Shown one piece after another: positions 14,476 to 29,653 of a stretch of 64,000 nucleotides of DNA; the first letter of the stretch is position 1; each line of letters opens with the position of its first letter. The position numbers and the translations under genes are program-made. Location of the stretch: assembly GCF_009914755.1 (NCBI RefSeq), contig NC_060942.1, one strand, 5' to 3'. A model generated the notes under the pieces. It had not been told where the DNA came from and searched no databases. It worked only from the letters and a program-made list of their open reading frames with translations. The DNA comes from the human T2T-CHM13v2.0 reference genome, Homo sapiens.

Positions 14476-16468
14476 TTAGGCCTTTACTCAGCAGCCCCTC
14501 TGCTCTCAGCAACTCTCCACCAGCCCATCTCTTGCATCCCAGATGTGTTCCTGAAAGACTGGGTTAAGTGAGTTTGGCTAGTAGAAATGGCCCCGAACCA
14601 AGAGGTATCAGTGCTGGGTTCTAATCTCATTCTACCAGTCACCTAGAATAGTCCTAGTTCCTTTCTAGAACTTGGTTTCCTTACCTGTGGTCTGGAGAAT
14701 AACACTAGCCCTGCAATCTCACAAAACTGTGATGGAGACCAAATGGATGTGAAATCAACTTAAAATGGAAAAATAATTCCATATCTGAAAAGCTGTAAAT
14801 GAGATTCTGTGCATGACAGGCCCGTTGCGAATGGTGGGGCAGGCTGTGCACTGCACAACTCTAGATGGCATCGTTCACATTTTTCTATTTGCCATCTGCA
14901 AAACTGAACACAGTGCCCTGAATTGGGTAATGCTACTGCCAACTGTAAAGCAGTAGGCAAATAGAAGGTAATGCTGCTTTTGTTGCTATTATTATTTTCC
15001 TGCTGAATGACCTCATCATCTCAGAGATGCTCTATCTTTATTCCTTACTGCTCTTCCCACAGTGCCGCATGTACAATTCGACCTTCAATGCTGACTGATT
15101 GCTTGACTGCTGACTGATTCCAGATGATACTGCTGATAAGGCCCTCGGGGTAATGCAGGTGGCACTGGAGATGTGGCTCTGCATGGCAATCGTCGTGCTT
15201 CCTTGAATACAAGACATATTTTTATGTCTTTTAAAAACAGAGGCCATAGCTGATGGCGGCTGAGACTTAAATATTGCAAATTGAGAACTAACTACTGCTA
15301 GTCTTAAAGGTGGTGGTGAAACAGAGACAATCTCTTCTGACAACTTGCTCTGTGTGCATTTTACAATTATTAGAAGTAAAAAAGTTATCTCAAAGTCAGC
15401 CCCATATCCCTCCTCCTCTAATTGAAGCCCCATCTGTCCCTCTGGGCATAATGGAAACTGTAAGGAGGTGCTCATGTCACATTCATGTCACACACTGAGA
15501 TTCTCTCAAATAATCTTTCAATTCCTTACTCTTGCCAGGAGCATGATTTTGCAGATCAAAAGAGCTTTAGAATTCTTCGCTTTGCATGTCTCTTTAATTT
15601 TCACTCTTTGAATTTAGCCAAGTGTCTTCATTTTATGGAGATTTTATGGTGGGACAGGTGTAAGGAAAAGGGGAGGAGAAACAAGCTTTTCTTCTGGAAG
15701 ACTGCAAGGAGATTACATTTACCCCCTCACCCTTCATTCCAGGCTGAACCCCAATTAACCTGGATGGACTTCCTCTCTTCGGTGTAAAACCATCTAAAGT
15801 GAAGGCCCTTATTTGTCCTTCAGTCTTCCCAACTCACTAGCCACATCCTTCCAGGTGCCCCAGACCCCCTCCAGACACCTCAGTTGAGGAGCCAGCCTTT
15901 GATCCAGGCCTTCTGCCCCTGGTTCACAGGGACAGGGCTGTTGTGTGGCCCAGGATTTTTGCTGTTCATCTACTCAAAGGATCCTCTGCTCAGCAGCTGA
16001 GGCAGTGGTGTCTAGGAAGGGCCCCCTTTGGCTGCCCCTCACGTCCTTCCTATTCTGGTTTCCTTCTGTTCCTGCCTGCTATGAAAGGCTGTCCTTAGGG
16101 AGGGCCCAGCAACCACTCCCTCACTGGGCTCCATGACTGAGCACAGCCTGAAGGCTAAACAGGGCCAAAGGCTTAGGCTGGAAGGACAACTATTTCATGG
16201 GAGAATTTTTGGCATTGCTACAAAGCCCGGGAAGGGTTATGGTTAGGGACCCTGGGAGAGGGCTGGCCAGCAGATGGGGATGGATGGTGTGGGGTCTAAA
16301 GCCCACCACGCTGGGCAGCTGCTCAGGCAGTTTGTCTTTGTGACATCTTAGGGGCATAGCTGGGGCTCTCAGGATTGGCCAGGGTCAGAGTGCCAGTTTT
16401 AGCTTTGCTCTAGACCACCCTCCTTCCAGTCTGAAGTTCTCCATATCCAAGGCCATTGAGCCTATGCT

Positions 16469-17176
16469 TGAAATCACCTTTGAAAAAATTATAACAGAAA
16501 ATTTTGGCAGTGGAAGAGATCTGATTTAATCAACCCCCATCTTGCCTTTAGCCTTCAAACTCCCCTTGATTCTTCCTGAGTTTGGGTCAAGCTAACTTTG
16601 GGAGACATTTAGTGTATAGTTTAAACGATAATAGCCCTTCCATAAAGTTAAGGAGAGACTACCAGCCTAGGAGGATGAGAGGAGCCTGAATTCTGCTAAA
16701 ACATAGACATAAACATTGCCAGCCATTATTACAGATATGCACTTCCCCAATTACCCCTGCAGATAACAACATCGCCATTTTAAACTGAAGACTGGCCTTT
16801 AGAGATGTCTTTTCAGGTTTTTTGCATGTCTGATGACCAATGGCTCCACCTGGACCTGCCAACAGCTCTTGTGGCCCCACCCAGAAACGACTCAGCATGC
16901 AATGAGGGCCATTTCCCAAACCCCTATAATTGTACCCCCAAACCAATCAGCAGCAAGCACCCATTGCCTAGACACCCCCATTTCTTCTCCCAAACTATCC
17001 TCAAAAAACCCTTGTCTCTGAATTTTCAGGGAGGCTGATTTGAGTAATAATAAAATTCTGGTCTCCCATTTAGCCAGCTCCACATGTGTAAAACTCTTTC
17101 TCTATTGCAATTCCCCTGCTTTGATAAATCAGCTATCTCTGGGCTGTGGGCAAAATGAACCTACTGGGTGGTTCCA
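16469..17176 (+). mobile_element. Solo ERV1 LTR, LTR8 family (LTR8A/B-like)
   Basis: TG...CA ends, 4-bp TSD tgct on both sides, 5' sequence matches recalled LTR8-family consensus, internal aataaa. Confidence 0.82.
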
Positions 17177-17397
17177 TGCTTAGACAGCTCTACTGATGGG
17201 GCTCCATGGCCACCCTTGCAGCTCTTTTCCTCTTAGGACATCCATGGCCAACCTTTAGTAAGTTTTTGTTACATTGAGTTCTGCCACCAGAATAAATTGT
17301 TGAATTGTCAACATCTGACCAATCTCAGTGCCTCTACTCTCTTCCCTCTCTACCCCTTTGAAACAAACCACTGGATCTCTCTCTTCTCCAGGGTCCT

Positions 17398-17790
17398 CAA
17401 TGGAATACTATGCAGCAATGAAAATGAGCAAATCACAATCACACTCAACAGCTCAGGAAAATATGAAAAACCTGATGCGGAGTGAAAGAACTAAGACATA
17501 AAATAAGATATATGGCCTGATTCTATTTAGGTACCATTCAAATCCAGGTGATATAAAAGCCTATCATTAGGTATGAAATCCAGGTGATATGAAAGCATAG
17601 CCCCATGAGATGGAGATCAAAAAAGAAAGGAAACAAGAAAATGTTTACCTTAAAAGCTGAGAACTGTCAAGATTTAATTTCTTGGCCTGAAGGCAGCATG
17701 GAGGGTTTACATAAGTTTTTGCTTTACAAGTATCAATAATGTATGTACTTTTACATATATATGTATGTTCATGATAAAATGTTTAAAAAT
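17398..17790 (+). mobile_element. L1M 3' fragment
   Basis: caatggaatactatgcagcaatgaaaatga... L1ME-like; approximate. Confidence 0.55.
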
Positions 17791-17866
17791 GTAAATGTCT
17801 CTAGAACCTTTGACTGTTCTTCATGTGACAGAATTTTCAGATCCATGCTCTGTGGATTGTAGCCCC

Positions 17867-18373
17867 TGTGGTAGGCTGAAAAATGGTCCCCCAAAAGATA
17901 TCCGTGTTCTAAATCTTGGAATCCATGTATATAACTGTATGGTAAAAAGAAAAGGGAGGTCTTTGCAGATGTAATTAAGTTAAGAGGCTTGAGATGGGGA
18001 GATTATCCTGGATTATTCCAGTGGGCCCTTAATGTAATCCCAAGAGTCCTTATAAGAAGGCAGAAAGAGAGAGATCAACACATACACAAAAGAGGTGGGA
18101 TGTGAAGATGGGGCAGAGATGGGAAGACCTGGCCTTGAAGGCTGGAGTGATGCAGCACAAGCCAAGGACTGCTGGCAGCCACCAGAAGCTGCAAGGAGTG
18201 GATTCTCTCCCAGAGCCTGCAGGGCACATGGTGGTGCTGACACCTTGATTTCCACCCACAGATTCTGATTTCAGGTTTCTGGCCTCCGGAAAAATGAGAG
18301 AAGAAAATTCTGTTGTTTTAATTACCACTATGTTTATGGTAATTTTGTATCACCACTTCAGGAAACTAATATA
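17867..18373 (+). mobile_element. MLT1D-like MaLR LTR with 5-bp TSD
   Basis: tgtggtaggctgaa...gagattatcctggatta...aggaaactaatata; TSD gcccc on both sides. Confidence 0.88.
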
Positions 18374-20169
18374 GCCCCAAGTGATGTGACTGGAAAACTT
18401 TGGGACCAGAAAGCAGGTAGACAAGGGGAGGCTGCCTTGGAACTCACACAGAGAAAATTCCAAGCCTGGGGCTGGTGAGCAGCAGGGAGTTGGCTTCAGT
18501 GATGATGTAAGTGTCCATGGAGGCTGAAGTAACTGGGACACAAAAGACAGAGCCTCCAGTCCCAGGCTCTGCTGATCTGGGCTCCTTAGGGACCACTGGG
18601 AAAGCTGGACCTTGTGCATCCCCTACGAGACATATGAGGTGATGGGGAGCTGCATCTCTATCTTGTGGGCATCTTTGCTGTGGTTTGAGAGTAGAACAAG
18701 GTCAAATCTTAAACAGATTCTAAGTCTCTGCTATTCTTGAATGCCATGATCAGACCTAGTACATATCTGCCAGTCTCCTCTTAAAGGGCAGCCCTTGAGC
18801 TACAGATGGTGCTTTGAGAGGGGTGCCCAGCAGTGAGTGCAGGAACTTTTCAATTGCCTGACTCGGGTGCCCCTGGATGGCAGCAGTTCCTGGAACTCAG
18901 CTTTCCTTCCTCTTCTCTCAGACCACCATCATTCATGCTGTCCCCTGGGACTCACCTCCAAGCTCTCTGAGAAGGACTCAACCTTCCCACCCAAGTCTTC
19001 TGCCCATGAAGTCCCCAAAGATAAGCCCTTTGCAGTCTCAGAGCTTTATTGCTAAAAAGACTAAGATTCAAGTGATAAAGATGTGGAAGAGAGAGTCAAA
19101 ACTTACAAGCTTACTACAGCCCTAGACATGGTCACAGCCAAGTATTTCCTGATCCTTTCCTGAAAGGGCAACTGGAATCCCATTTGAGTGTCTGTCCTCT
19201 GTTTCCATTCCCTTGAGCTCAGCCTCTTTCCATGCTCTTTGTACTAAGGGTTAGTGAAAGCAATAGGCCATCCTGAAGGGTAAACCCAGCAGAACTCTTT
19301 TGTGACACAAAAAGGGACCCAAAATCCTTTTTGTGTCCAGTCTAAGGAAGCTCCCATTTCACTAGGTTTCTACTGGGCCTAGGCATGACCCCTCATAGGC
19401 ATTTACTTCCCGCTATAGAAATACCACAATTCTTTGTCTAAAAATAGTTTCTACACCCACTGGACACCAATCGCCTCAAATCCCTCTGTTAGAGACTCAT
19501 CTCCTGAGAGTATGCATTACCTTTTAGGGCATCATATTTTCTGAATGCCATATTAATTCACCAGCATCTCATGGGAGTTAATTTACCAGAACCATTTTCT
19601 CTGAAGTGGCAAGATGAGAAGTTGGGAAATTTAGCTGGGGAGTGGGATAGAGTGAACTGCTATTGGCTATTGTAAGCTTCAGCCCCTGGGTATAGCATCT
19701 GACTGCAGGAGCGTTGCAGCAGGTAGAAGCCTCATGATACCTTCTGTGTGAATGCATGCATATCTCAGCCTCATTCTGGTCACATACCATTTGAAAGTAT
19801 CACCTTGCACAATAGCAAGCTGTGCCCATGACACATGCCCAGTGGGTCTTTCTATCTATCTTCCTAGTCAAGATACAGACATTCTTAACAAGGACTTCAA
19901 GACACAGGTGAAACATCAGGCCACATGCAAATGAAAAAATCAAAACATGTCTCGGGTAACAGCCCTGAGCTTGCAAACCAGGGTAATCAAGAAATGATGG
20001 CTCCCCTCACAAAATAAATCTTTATTCAGAAAAAAAAAATCTTTTAACTAGCAAGGTGGCTCAAAGCATTTACAATATGGTTGTATTTATAATGATGTGA
20101 TTTTCAAGCAACATTTTTGGAATTTAGATACTTCCAGAAACGAGATGCCTCTTCCACCAGCAATTAAGC

Positions 20170-20700
20170 CTTGTACATCTGGAAAACAAGTTGGAATGTA
20201 GGAGTGGGATAGTTAATCAGAGAAAATCCAGGAATATGGGGTTGGGTAGAGATTAGAGTCACAGTACAGAAGTAAAGACTATAGGAGACTGAATATGCAA
20301 ACAATAGTAGCCAGACCATGTATGATAATAGAACTCTGAGCTGCCTCCTCTGCAGCGACCATCCCAAGAAACCACGGTCTCTACAGAAATTGGTCCAGAA
20401 TGGTCAGGACTTGGGCAATGGCCCCCAGCTTCCCTATTTTGTCCCTGCTCCCAACTCAGGACTAACCAGACCGACGGACCAAATCCAGATATGCTCCCCA
20501 ATGCAATCACGTATGAAATCCCGATTCTGGCTACCCTACCTCCAGCTTTACCACACCAAAAATAATGCTTCACTATAAAGCTCCTCCTCCTCTCACAGCC
20601 TTCAAATCTCTACCAAACCAAGTGATGGTAACTGAGTCTCTTGTTGTAGCAAGCTCTAAGTAGAGAGTTTCTGTTCTCATTTGGTCCTCCTTTATTTCTA
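20170..20700 (+). mobile_element. Degraded LTR (MER21/MER77-like)
   Basis: caatcac...ctataaagct...gcaagctct...gttctcatttgg motifs; family uncertain. Confidence 0.35.
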
Positions 20701-20704
20701 GAAC

Positions 20705-20915
20705 CAAGTTCAAATCCCAGTTCCCCTACTTACTTGCTGTATAACCTTGGGCAAGTTATTTCACCTCTATGTGTCTCAGGCATCTTACTGGTGGAGACGA
20801 TAAGAGTACAAAGAGTGATAAGAGGGGTGTTGTGAGTTAATATATATTAAAAAGCACTTGCAACAGTGCCTGACATGGAATAAATGTTCAATGCATGTTA
20901 GCCATTATTATTATC
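20705..20915 (+). mobile_element. MIR
   Basis: gttcaaatcccag...accttgggcaagttattt...aatgttcaatgcatgttagccattattattat. Confidence 0.8.
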
Positions 20916-21122
20916 ACGACTGCTGTTGATATGGGAAGAATTCAAGGAGGAAATGGGAGTTGCAAAATGAGACAGCAGAAGTGCTAAAAGAAGACAGACA
21001 CAAAATCAGACCCCCAGGGATGAGCTGCATAGGGCCCATAGGATGGGCAAAGCTCCAGCTTGCACGAGCTGCTCCGTCCATGAAAAGAAATGCTGCCTGG
21101 TCCTCAAAAGCTTCAGTAGCCA

Positions 21123-21536
21123 CATCCTCATCATCACCAACACCACCTTCATCACAATTATCATCCCTACCATCATCACCTTCATCCCTATCACCACTGC
21201 CACCATCATAATCATCATCATCATCACCATCACAATTATCATCCCTACCATCATCACCTTCATCCCTATCACTGCCCTCATCATCATAATCACCATCATC
21301 ACCATCATTATCATCATCATCACCATCATCACAATTATCATTTCTACCATCACCTTCACCCCTATTACCACCACCATCATCATCATCATCCCTACCATCA
21401 TCAACATCATCATCCCTACCATCACCTTCATCCCTATCACCATCATCACTACCATCATCCCAGTCATCATCCCTACCATTCAGCACCATCAATATCACCA
21501 TCCTCACTTATCATCCACAATGTCCTCATCACCACC
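21123..21536. repeat. Degenerate (CAT/CAC)n triplet tract with internal higher-order duplications
   Basis: Read directly; identical 45-mer at 21150-21194 and 21228-21272. Confidence 0.95.
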
Positions 21537-22611
21537 CCAATCCAGAAGTATTGAGTGCCTACTATAAGCAAGGCAAGAGCTAGGAGGTATGAGGGGCTCA
21601 GAAAGGAAGCCGCCTGGGTCCTGCCCTCCAGCTAAGGGAAGGAGTGCTGTGTGTTCAGAGGCAAGTTGCTGTGGGTGGGTTTTTAAAATGTTAAGCTTAG
21701 GATCCGAGTCTGTCATCTCTGGTTCTTAAGATGTCAGGGGCCAGGGATGTTTGGGGGACAGTGGCTGAACATGACAAACCAGCCCAAACCCAGGACTGTC
21801 TAAATTGGGAATCCAAGGGAGGACAGGGACAATGAGTACTATAGGAGGGCCATCTTTAATGTCATTACTAATCACTAATGAGTGATTAGGACTGGGGGCC
21901 ATCTGGGTATAGTTTGCAGTGCCACAGCTTAACGGCCATGGGACTTTGAGCATATGACTTTACCTTATTGTGCCTCAGTTTCTCACCTGTAAAATGGGGA
22001 TGATAATAATTGGGTTATTATTATAGGGTTGAGGAAAAGACTAAGTGTATCAATACATGACTTATGATAGAACAATGCTTGGCACAAAACAAGCTTCTAT
22101 AAATGTTAGTGTTGCTGTTATTGCCCTCCTTAGGTTAAGCTGTGTAAGTACAAGGACCCTTGTCTTCTTGGTTATATCATCTCTTCAGTGCCTGAGTCAG
22201 TGCCTGGCATATACTAGGTGTTCAGTCTTTTTTTAATGTTTTGAAAATTGACTATATTTTATTTTGTAATCATTTGAGACTTACAGAAAAGTTGCAAAAA
22301 TAGAATAGAGCTTCTGTGCCCCCTTCACCTAGCTCTCCTTAATGTTAACATCTTATATTGCCATAGTACAATTAATGAAACCAAGACATTAACAATGATA
22401 CAATACCATCAACTAATCTACCAACCTTACAATAAACAATTTTGAGTACCAAATGAAAGAAAGAAGAAATGTTATGGGTAGAGGTGATCAAGGAATACTT
22501 CCTGGGGGAGGTAGATTTGAGCTGGCCCTTGAAAGAGAAAGGTACTGAGACAGAATAGACAAAGGCAGAGGAAGGAAGGCCTCATGGTCTGCAGCGGGCA
22601 TGTGAGAATCA

Positions 22612-22848
<237 letters not shown>

Positions 22849-25658
22849 TCAGCCTCACCCTCCAACCCCACCTGACCTGCCTCAGTCTCACCAGAGAAAG
22901 AGACACACTGTCCAAGTTCCACAGCTCTGGAAAGAGCCCTTCCTCAAATCAACTGTAAATGCCTGGACAGCAAAAGGCAGCCTTGTCACTCTCTTATATA
23001 CCCCACTGTGCCCAGTCCCACCCTAGAAAGGAGTTCTGACAGCCCTTCTGCAATAGAAACATGATGGAAAGCCTGGCGTTAACTGACGCTGTCAGTTGAA
23101 TTCCAACCTAAGTCCAGGCATGCCAGCAGCGCATGGTGGCAGGACAGTGGCCTTTGGAGCCCTCCAGAGCTCCATGTGAATCCCAGACCTGCCACCTGCT
23201 GGCTGTTAGACCCGGGCAGATGCCCGACCTCACCAGCCTCTGCTCCCCTGTGGTAAAATAGGGATAAGCTCCCTTGCAGAGTGAGAGCTGCTGACAATTC
23301 GCATGGCACCTGGTGCTGAGCCTGCCACCTGTGCAGCCCCAAGCAGCAGCCAAAGCTCTGGGTGTCAGTTCCCCTTCATGCCACAGCCTGCACATGCCCT
23401 GCAGCTGCGAATGAGGGGTGCCATCGGGAGTGATTCTTACAGAGGGAGCACTGCCTCAATCCACTGGAGAAGTGAGACAATCCCCTAGTTCCATGATGTT
23501 CACTTGAGATTGGGGTTTTGCCATTTAGCCTGAGGTGTGCTCCAAAGAGAATGTCTGCCCTCTGTCTCCACTGGAGGGTGAGGCGCAGCCTGCTCTTCCT
23601 GGTGTGCCTTCACCAAGCCCCCACCTCGGTTCTTCCTCTGTGAGGCAGCCTCGTGGCAAGAGAAAGCACTTACACTGATGTTCTAGAATGTTCTTTGGTC
23701 CCAGATTCTTACTCCCTTCCTTCTCACCAAGTGCCCCTGGACTCACAGTGAAGTCTGAAGGTTCAGGAGAGGCTCAGACACACGGTTGGGGAAGGGCCAT
23801 CTTGACTGTCTCCTTTGAACGTACCTGGTCCAGTGTGTCCCTTCTCTGGAGGCTGCTACATTCCTCTATCACCTGTGCAGGGGCCTGGTCCCCATTACCC
23901 AGAAGCCTGGACCTCCAAACCGGAGCTATTAATCACAGCGGTCATGTTCCCATCATTGTCCTGGTGGGGGTTGCATGCTTTTCTGGCAGCATCTAGAATC
24001 TCTGCCAGGACACTGTGAGGTTTGAAGTATTCTGTGCAGGCCTGGCCCGCAGGAGAAATTCAGGACATGTTTGCTGAGGGAATGGATGAAGAGCCTCTTG
24101 CTTTACCAAGAAAATCCCCTTAGGCCACCCAACAAGGGCATTCATGATGGGCAGGAGGAGCCACTGGGAACAAAAGTGCGAGCCTGACACTTTTTTGCTC
24201 TTATCCAGGCAGGCATAAAAAATAGAATGATCAAAATGAGTGCTTCAGCTGCCCCATGGAGACTGGCCCCTGAGAGCTGGTCCGTCCGACTCTTGTGTTC
24301 TCTGCATCCATCTTTCTCTCCTTTACACAGATACATCTCTTTTTATGTAATAAGTGTGCTTCCAAAAAGAGACAGAAACAGTGCTCTTGTAATTCTAGTC
24401 TGATACCAGGTGTCCTGGGGAGATGGCCAGCCCAAAGAACCCTGCAGTTCTTTGTAAAGTGACAAACCTGTGTTCCTTTGTGCCATGGATAACGGGTGTA
24501 GGTCTGGATTTTCCTGGACTAAAGGGCTCCAAGGGAGCTGCAGCTGCACTGCGTGGGGTGTGCATGTGTGCTGGGCGGTGGCACAGAGGCACACACAGGC
24601 TGGGAAGTGGGTCAGGCGGAGGTCCCTGGATGAACTGTGTGCTCACCCACACCATCCGTCTGGCCACAGATGGAGATGTCTGGGGGGTAGGGGAAGGATG
24701 TGCGCTATAGAAAGTGCTGCTCTCTGAGTCTCTAGCAGGCGAGAGGCAGGAGAGTGGCAGGCCCCCACACTCCTGCCTGTCAAGGTTTTTAGAGCCCCAC
24801 TTCTGTTTCCATATACAATGTAGGCAGAGCACACTCAGGTCCAGGTGATTTCTTCTCACCTTTGTGGGACAGCTTCTGACCTGGTCCAAGAAGCCCATTG
24901 GTTTTGATTCAGTACCAGAGATAAGGGCTGGGGCCTTCTGTTGACCCCATAGCCATGAGCCAAAAAGAGAAACCCACAGGGTCAGGTGAAACAGAGGCTT
25001 CTGGGCCACCAAATGGCTGTGTGTCCTCAGATCCTAGCACCAGGCATCTGCCTCCTGCCTGGCCTGACCTGTGCGTTTATATAATTTATCCCAGGTCATT
25101 TGACCAGTTAGAGATGGAGCCAGGACCGAAGCTCAGACCTCTTGCCCTCCAGGCTTTTTCAGTTAAGGAGGGTATTGTGTGGACACCATTGGCTGCACCG
25201 TGAGACTCAGAGATTCACAGTATCCCAGATGCCATCTTTCCTATCACCACTCTACTGCTGTTGATGGTGGATCCTTTGGTGAACAATGACCCTGCCTGTC
25301 TACATAGAGCTGCTTACTCACAAAGCTCTTCATGAATTGTGATCTCATTAATTCTCAACAAGACCATACATGGAACAGGCCATGAGTAGCAGGGATGCAT
25401 TATTTCTAAGCAGTGTATGGGAAGACCAAGGCCCAGAGAAATGAGATGACTTGCCCAAGGTCACACGGCAGCAGACCAGAAGAGAGTTCAGTCTGCGGCT
25501 CCTAGCAAAGTACATCTGGCTAGCACACCAGGCTGCAGCGCCTGCGGATGCCCCAGTGATGAGTCTCCTACTTCTTCCACTTCTGTCTCCCCTGCTGCTC
25601 CCCACCTCAACCTGCACTGCCCTGGCCATGCACTGCACACTCACAGTGCCCCCCCTAC

Positions 25659-25844
25659 CTTCACCCCAATGTTCACCACCATGGCATCCAAGAGGTCGAA
25701 GACACGGGAGGTGATGCCGTCGCCTCTGTCCTTGGCCAGCCAGCAGTTACAGTTCAACATGTACTTGGTGCCCTGGGTGGGCACTGCCAAACACAACTCT
25801 TCCACCAGCCAGCAGCTCTCAGGGGAGGCCCCGTCATGGCCCAG
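25659..25844 (-). CDS. LOXHD1: LOXHD1 exon M (186 nt, phase 0-0, likely cassette): LGHDGASPESCWLVEELCLAVPTQGTKYMLNCNCWLAKDRGDGITSRVFDLLDAMVVNIGVK
   Basis: cctag|CTG acceptor, AAG|gtaggg donor; completes the PLAT begun in exon L. Confidence 0.93.
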
Positions 25845-25967
25845 CTAGGAGGAGACACACCTGATCTGTGACGATCTGGGCACAACTGGGAAGGAAGTGC
25901 TCCCTGCCCAGCCCCCTCCCTCAGTGCTTCTTCCCAGTATGCTGTGCACTTGCTGGCCCAGGTCCCT

Positions 25968-26444
25968 CCCATGAAGGTGAAGAGATTTTGCAGATATAAT
26001 TACAGCCTCTAATTAGGTGACTTTGAGTAGTTTGGACCTAATCAGGCGAGCCCTTAAAAAAGCATATCTAGATGTCAGAGGTGAAGAAGTTGGAGATATT
26101 TGAAGCAGAAGAGGTTGTCTCCTATTGAACAAGAAAACAGCCAGGTTTTGGAGAGGGCCTCATGGTGGGGAATGGTGGGCTGCTGAGAGATGAAGTCCTC
26201 AGTCCTACACCCCCAAGAAAATGGATTCTGCCAACAACCAGTGAGCTTGGAAGATGACCCCAAGCCCCAGATAAAATCGCAGCCCTGGCTGCAACTTGAT
26301 TTCAGCCCACTGAGATCTCAAAGATGGACCCCCACTAACTCACACCTAGACTCCTGACCCATGAAACTGTGAGATAATACATTTGTGTTGTTTTAAGGCA
26401 CTAAGTTTGTGATAATTTGTTACACAGCCATAGAAACTAATACA
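25968..26444 (+). mobile_element. MLT1 (MLT1E/F-like) LTR
   Basis: gattttgcagatataatt...ggattctgccaacaacc...gcactaagtttgtgataatttgttacacagccatagaaactaataca. Confidence 0.8.
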
Positions 26445-26545
26445 CAGAACATTCCCACTGGGTGGGTGGAAGACAGACACACAGAGGGGCAGGTGGCTCA
26501 CCCAAAGTCACCTGGCTAGTTGGTTCTTCTCTGCTACCTGCTCTA

Positions 26546-26881
<336 letters not shown>

Positions 26882-27490
26882 TCACGGGGCTCAGGTTCAT
26901 AACAGACCAGATAGACAAGGCACTGCCTCATAGACTCACAGATTTGGAAGTGACCTCTGAGGGCACTGATCTCAGCTCCTTGCTCAGAGACAAAGTGCAG
27001 TGAGCCCTTCAGACTGGTAAGTTATCTGTGGTGTGTGTCTCCTCTCCAAGAACTGAGGGAGTTGCTAACTCCCAATGTACAGACCAAAGACAGCATTCTT
27101 GTCATTTGTTTGGAGTGTCAAGCTTCTAAAAGCTCTTTTGACCAATTATCCTACTTGAACCTAGCACTATTATGTGAAGGAGGGTAAGAAAAATAACCTC
27201 TCACCACGTATAGGCATTATATGCCCAAAAAGCTCCCTATGGTCAACAAAAATGCTGTTGGCAAAAGCAAGGTCTCATAGAAAGAAGGAATTTGAAGAAG
27301 AACATAAAAATGTATCATATATGCCACATAGTGAATGAAAGTCCTAGAAGACAGCAATTTCCAAAACACACCAGATTAATCAGCATAAAACTTACTCAGG
27401 TAGTGTCCATAGAGTTGTAGTTTCCCACCAACTATCCATTCTTCTTGCAGCTGGGGTGGTTATGACATGGAAGGAGACATTGTTGGGTAG

Positions 27491-27821
<331 letters not shown>

Positions 27822-28959
27822 TAAAAGGTCTGACTCAACTGGGAGGAGTACTCTTTTTTTCCTTACCCTTCCATTCATTCTGCTTGGAATATGGATGTGA
27901 TGGCTGGAGCTCCAGCATTCATCTTGGAACCATAGGCAACATTTAGGTCATTTATAAGGTTGCCAGAATGACCAGGTTAAAGGAACCTAGGTCCTTGATT
28001 GCACTGGAACTGCTATATTAGTCCCAGGTGGCCTACCTTTGGACTTTTATGTGAGTGAAAAGAAAAATTCCTAATTTGTTTAAGTCACCATTTCCAGGTC
28101 TCTGTCATTTGCAGTTACTAATTGATACAAGTTGGAAACCCTTCTCCGGGTTCATCTTTCTCAATAGCTTGGAAGACACTACCCTGGCATAGTGGATTTT
28201 AGGTTATACAATCTGTATTTCTTTGAAAAGTTTCCAAACTGTCTCTTCCTGGCTGGAATTACTTGCACATGGCCTTATTTTATCTTTACAGGGGGAGCCT
28301 TTCCACAGGTGATCATAGTGCTTAAGGAAAGGTACTTTCTTGGTGGTCCTATCACTCATTTACAGAGTGAAAAGGTAAACTGCAAGCAGACTGACTTTCT
28401 CTGCCTGACTCCACAGATCCACCATGTGGCCTCCTGGAGGGGGATAGCATGGTTGTCACACTCTTATGTTTAAGAGAACTGACTATGAAAGTAGTGCATT
28501 CAAATGTTTGATAGGCAATTTAGAACTGCCTTATCTCAAAAATCTGGTTAGCAAAAAGAACTTGCCAGGGAACTCTGATATTGTTTTATGGAGGAAGAAA
28601 AAACTGAAGCCAAGAGACTGGCTTGTCCAAGGCCACACATTTTATTTTCAGAATCAGAAATGGAACTTCAGTCCCCAAATGACCATCTCAGGACTTCTTC
28701 CCCTGCCTTCACCACCACATCATGCCTTAAGTTTGCATGACTGAGTGCTTTGTGTGATGCTCTAGTGACAGGTAAGGGATGTTCATTCTCACCCTAACTT
28801 CCTTTAACCTTTGTTTCCCCATCTGCAAAGGGGGCTTAGCCCTGCCCTCTCACCTTGCAGGGTTGTTCTGGGGATAAAACAGGTAATATGTGTGAAAACT
28901 ATGTAAATGACTAAGTGTTAGATATGTCATCGGTGATGGTGGGGCTCAAGAATGGCTCA

Positions 28960-29653
<694 letters not shown>

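Noticed and set aside
24395-25012. 205-aa minus-strand ORF (also the 183-aa ORF at 34665-35216) as extra exons or nested genes
   Set aside because: No PLAT or other recognisable motif; the LOXHD1 frame is already continuous without them
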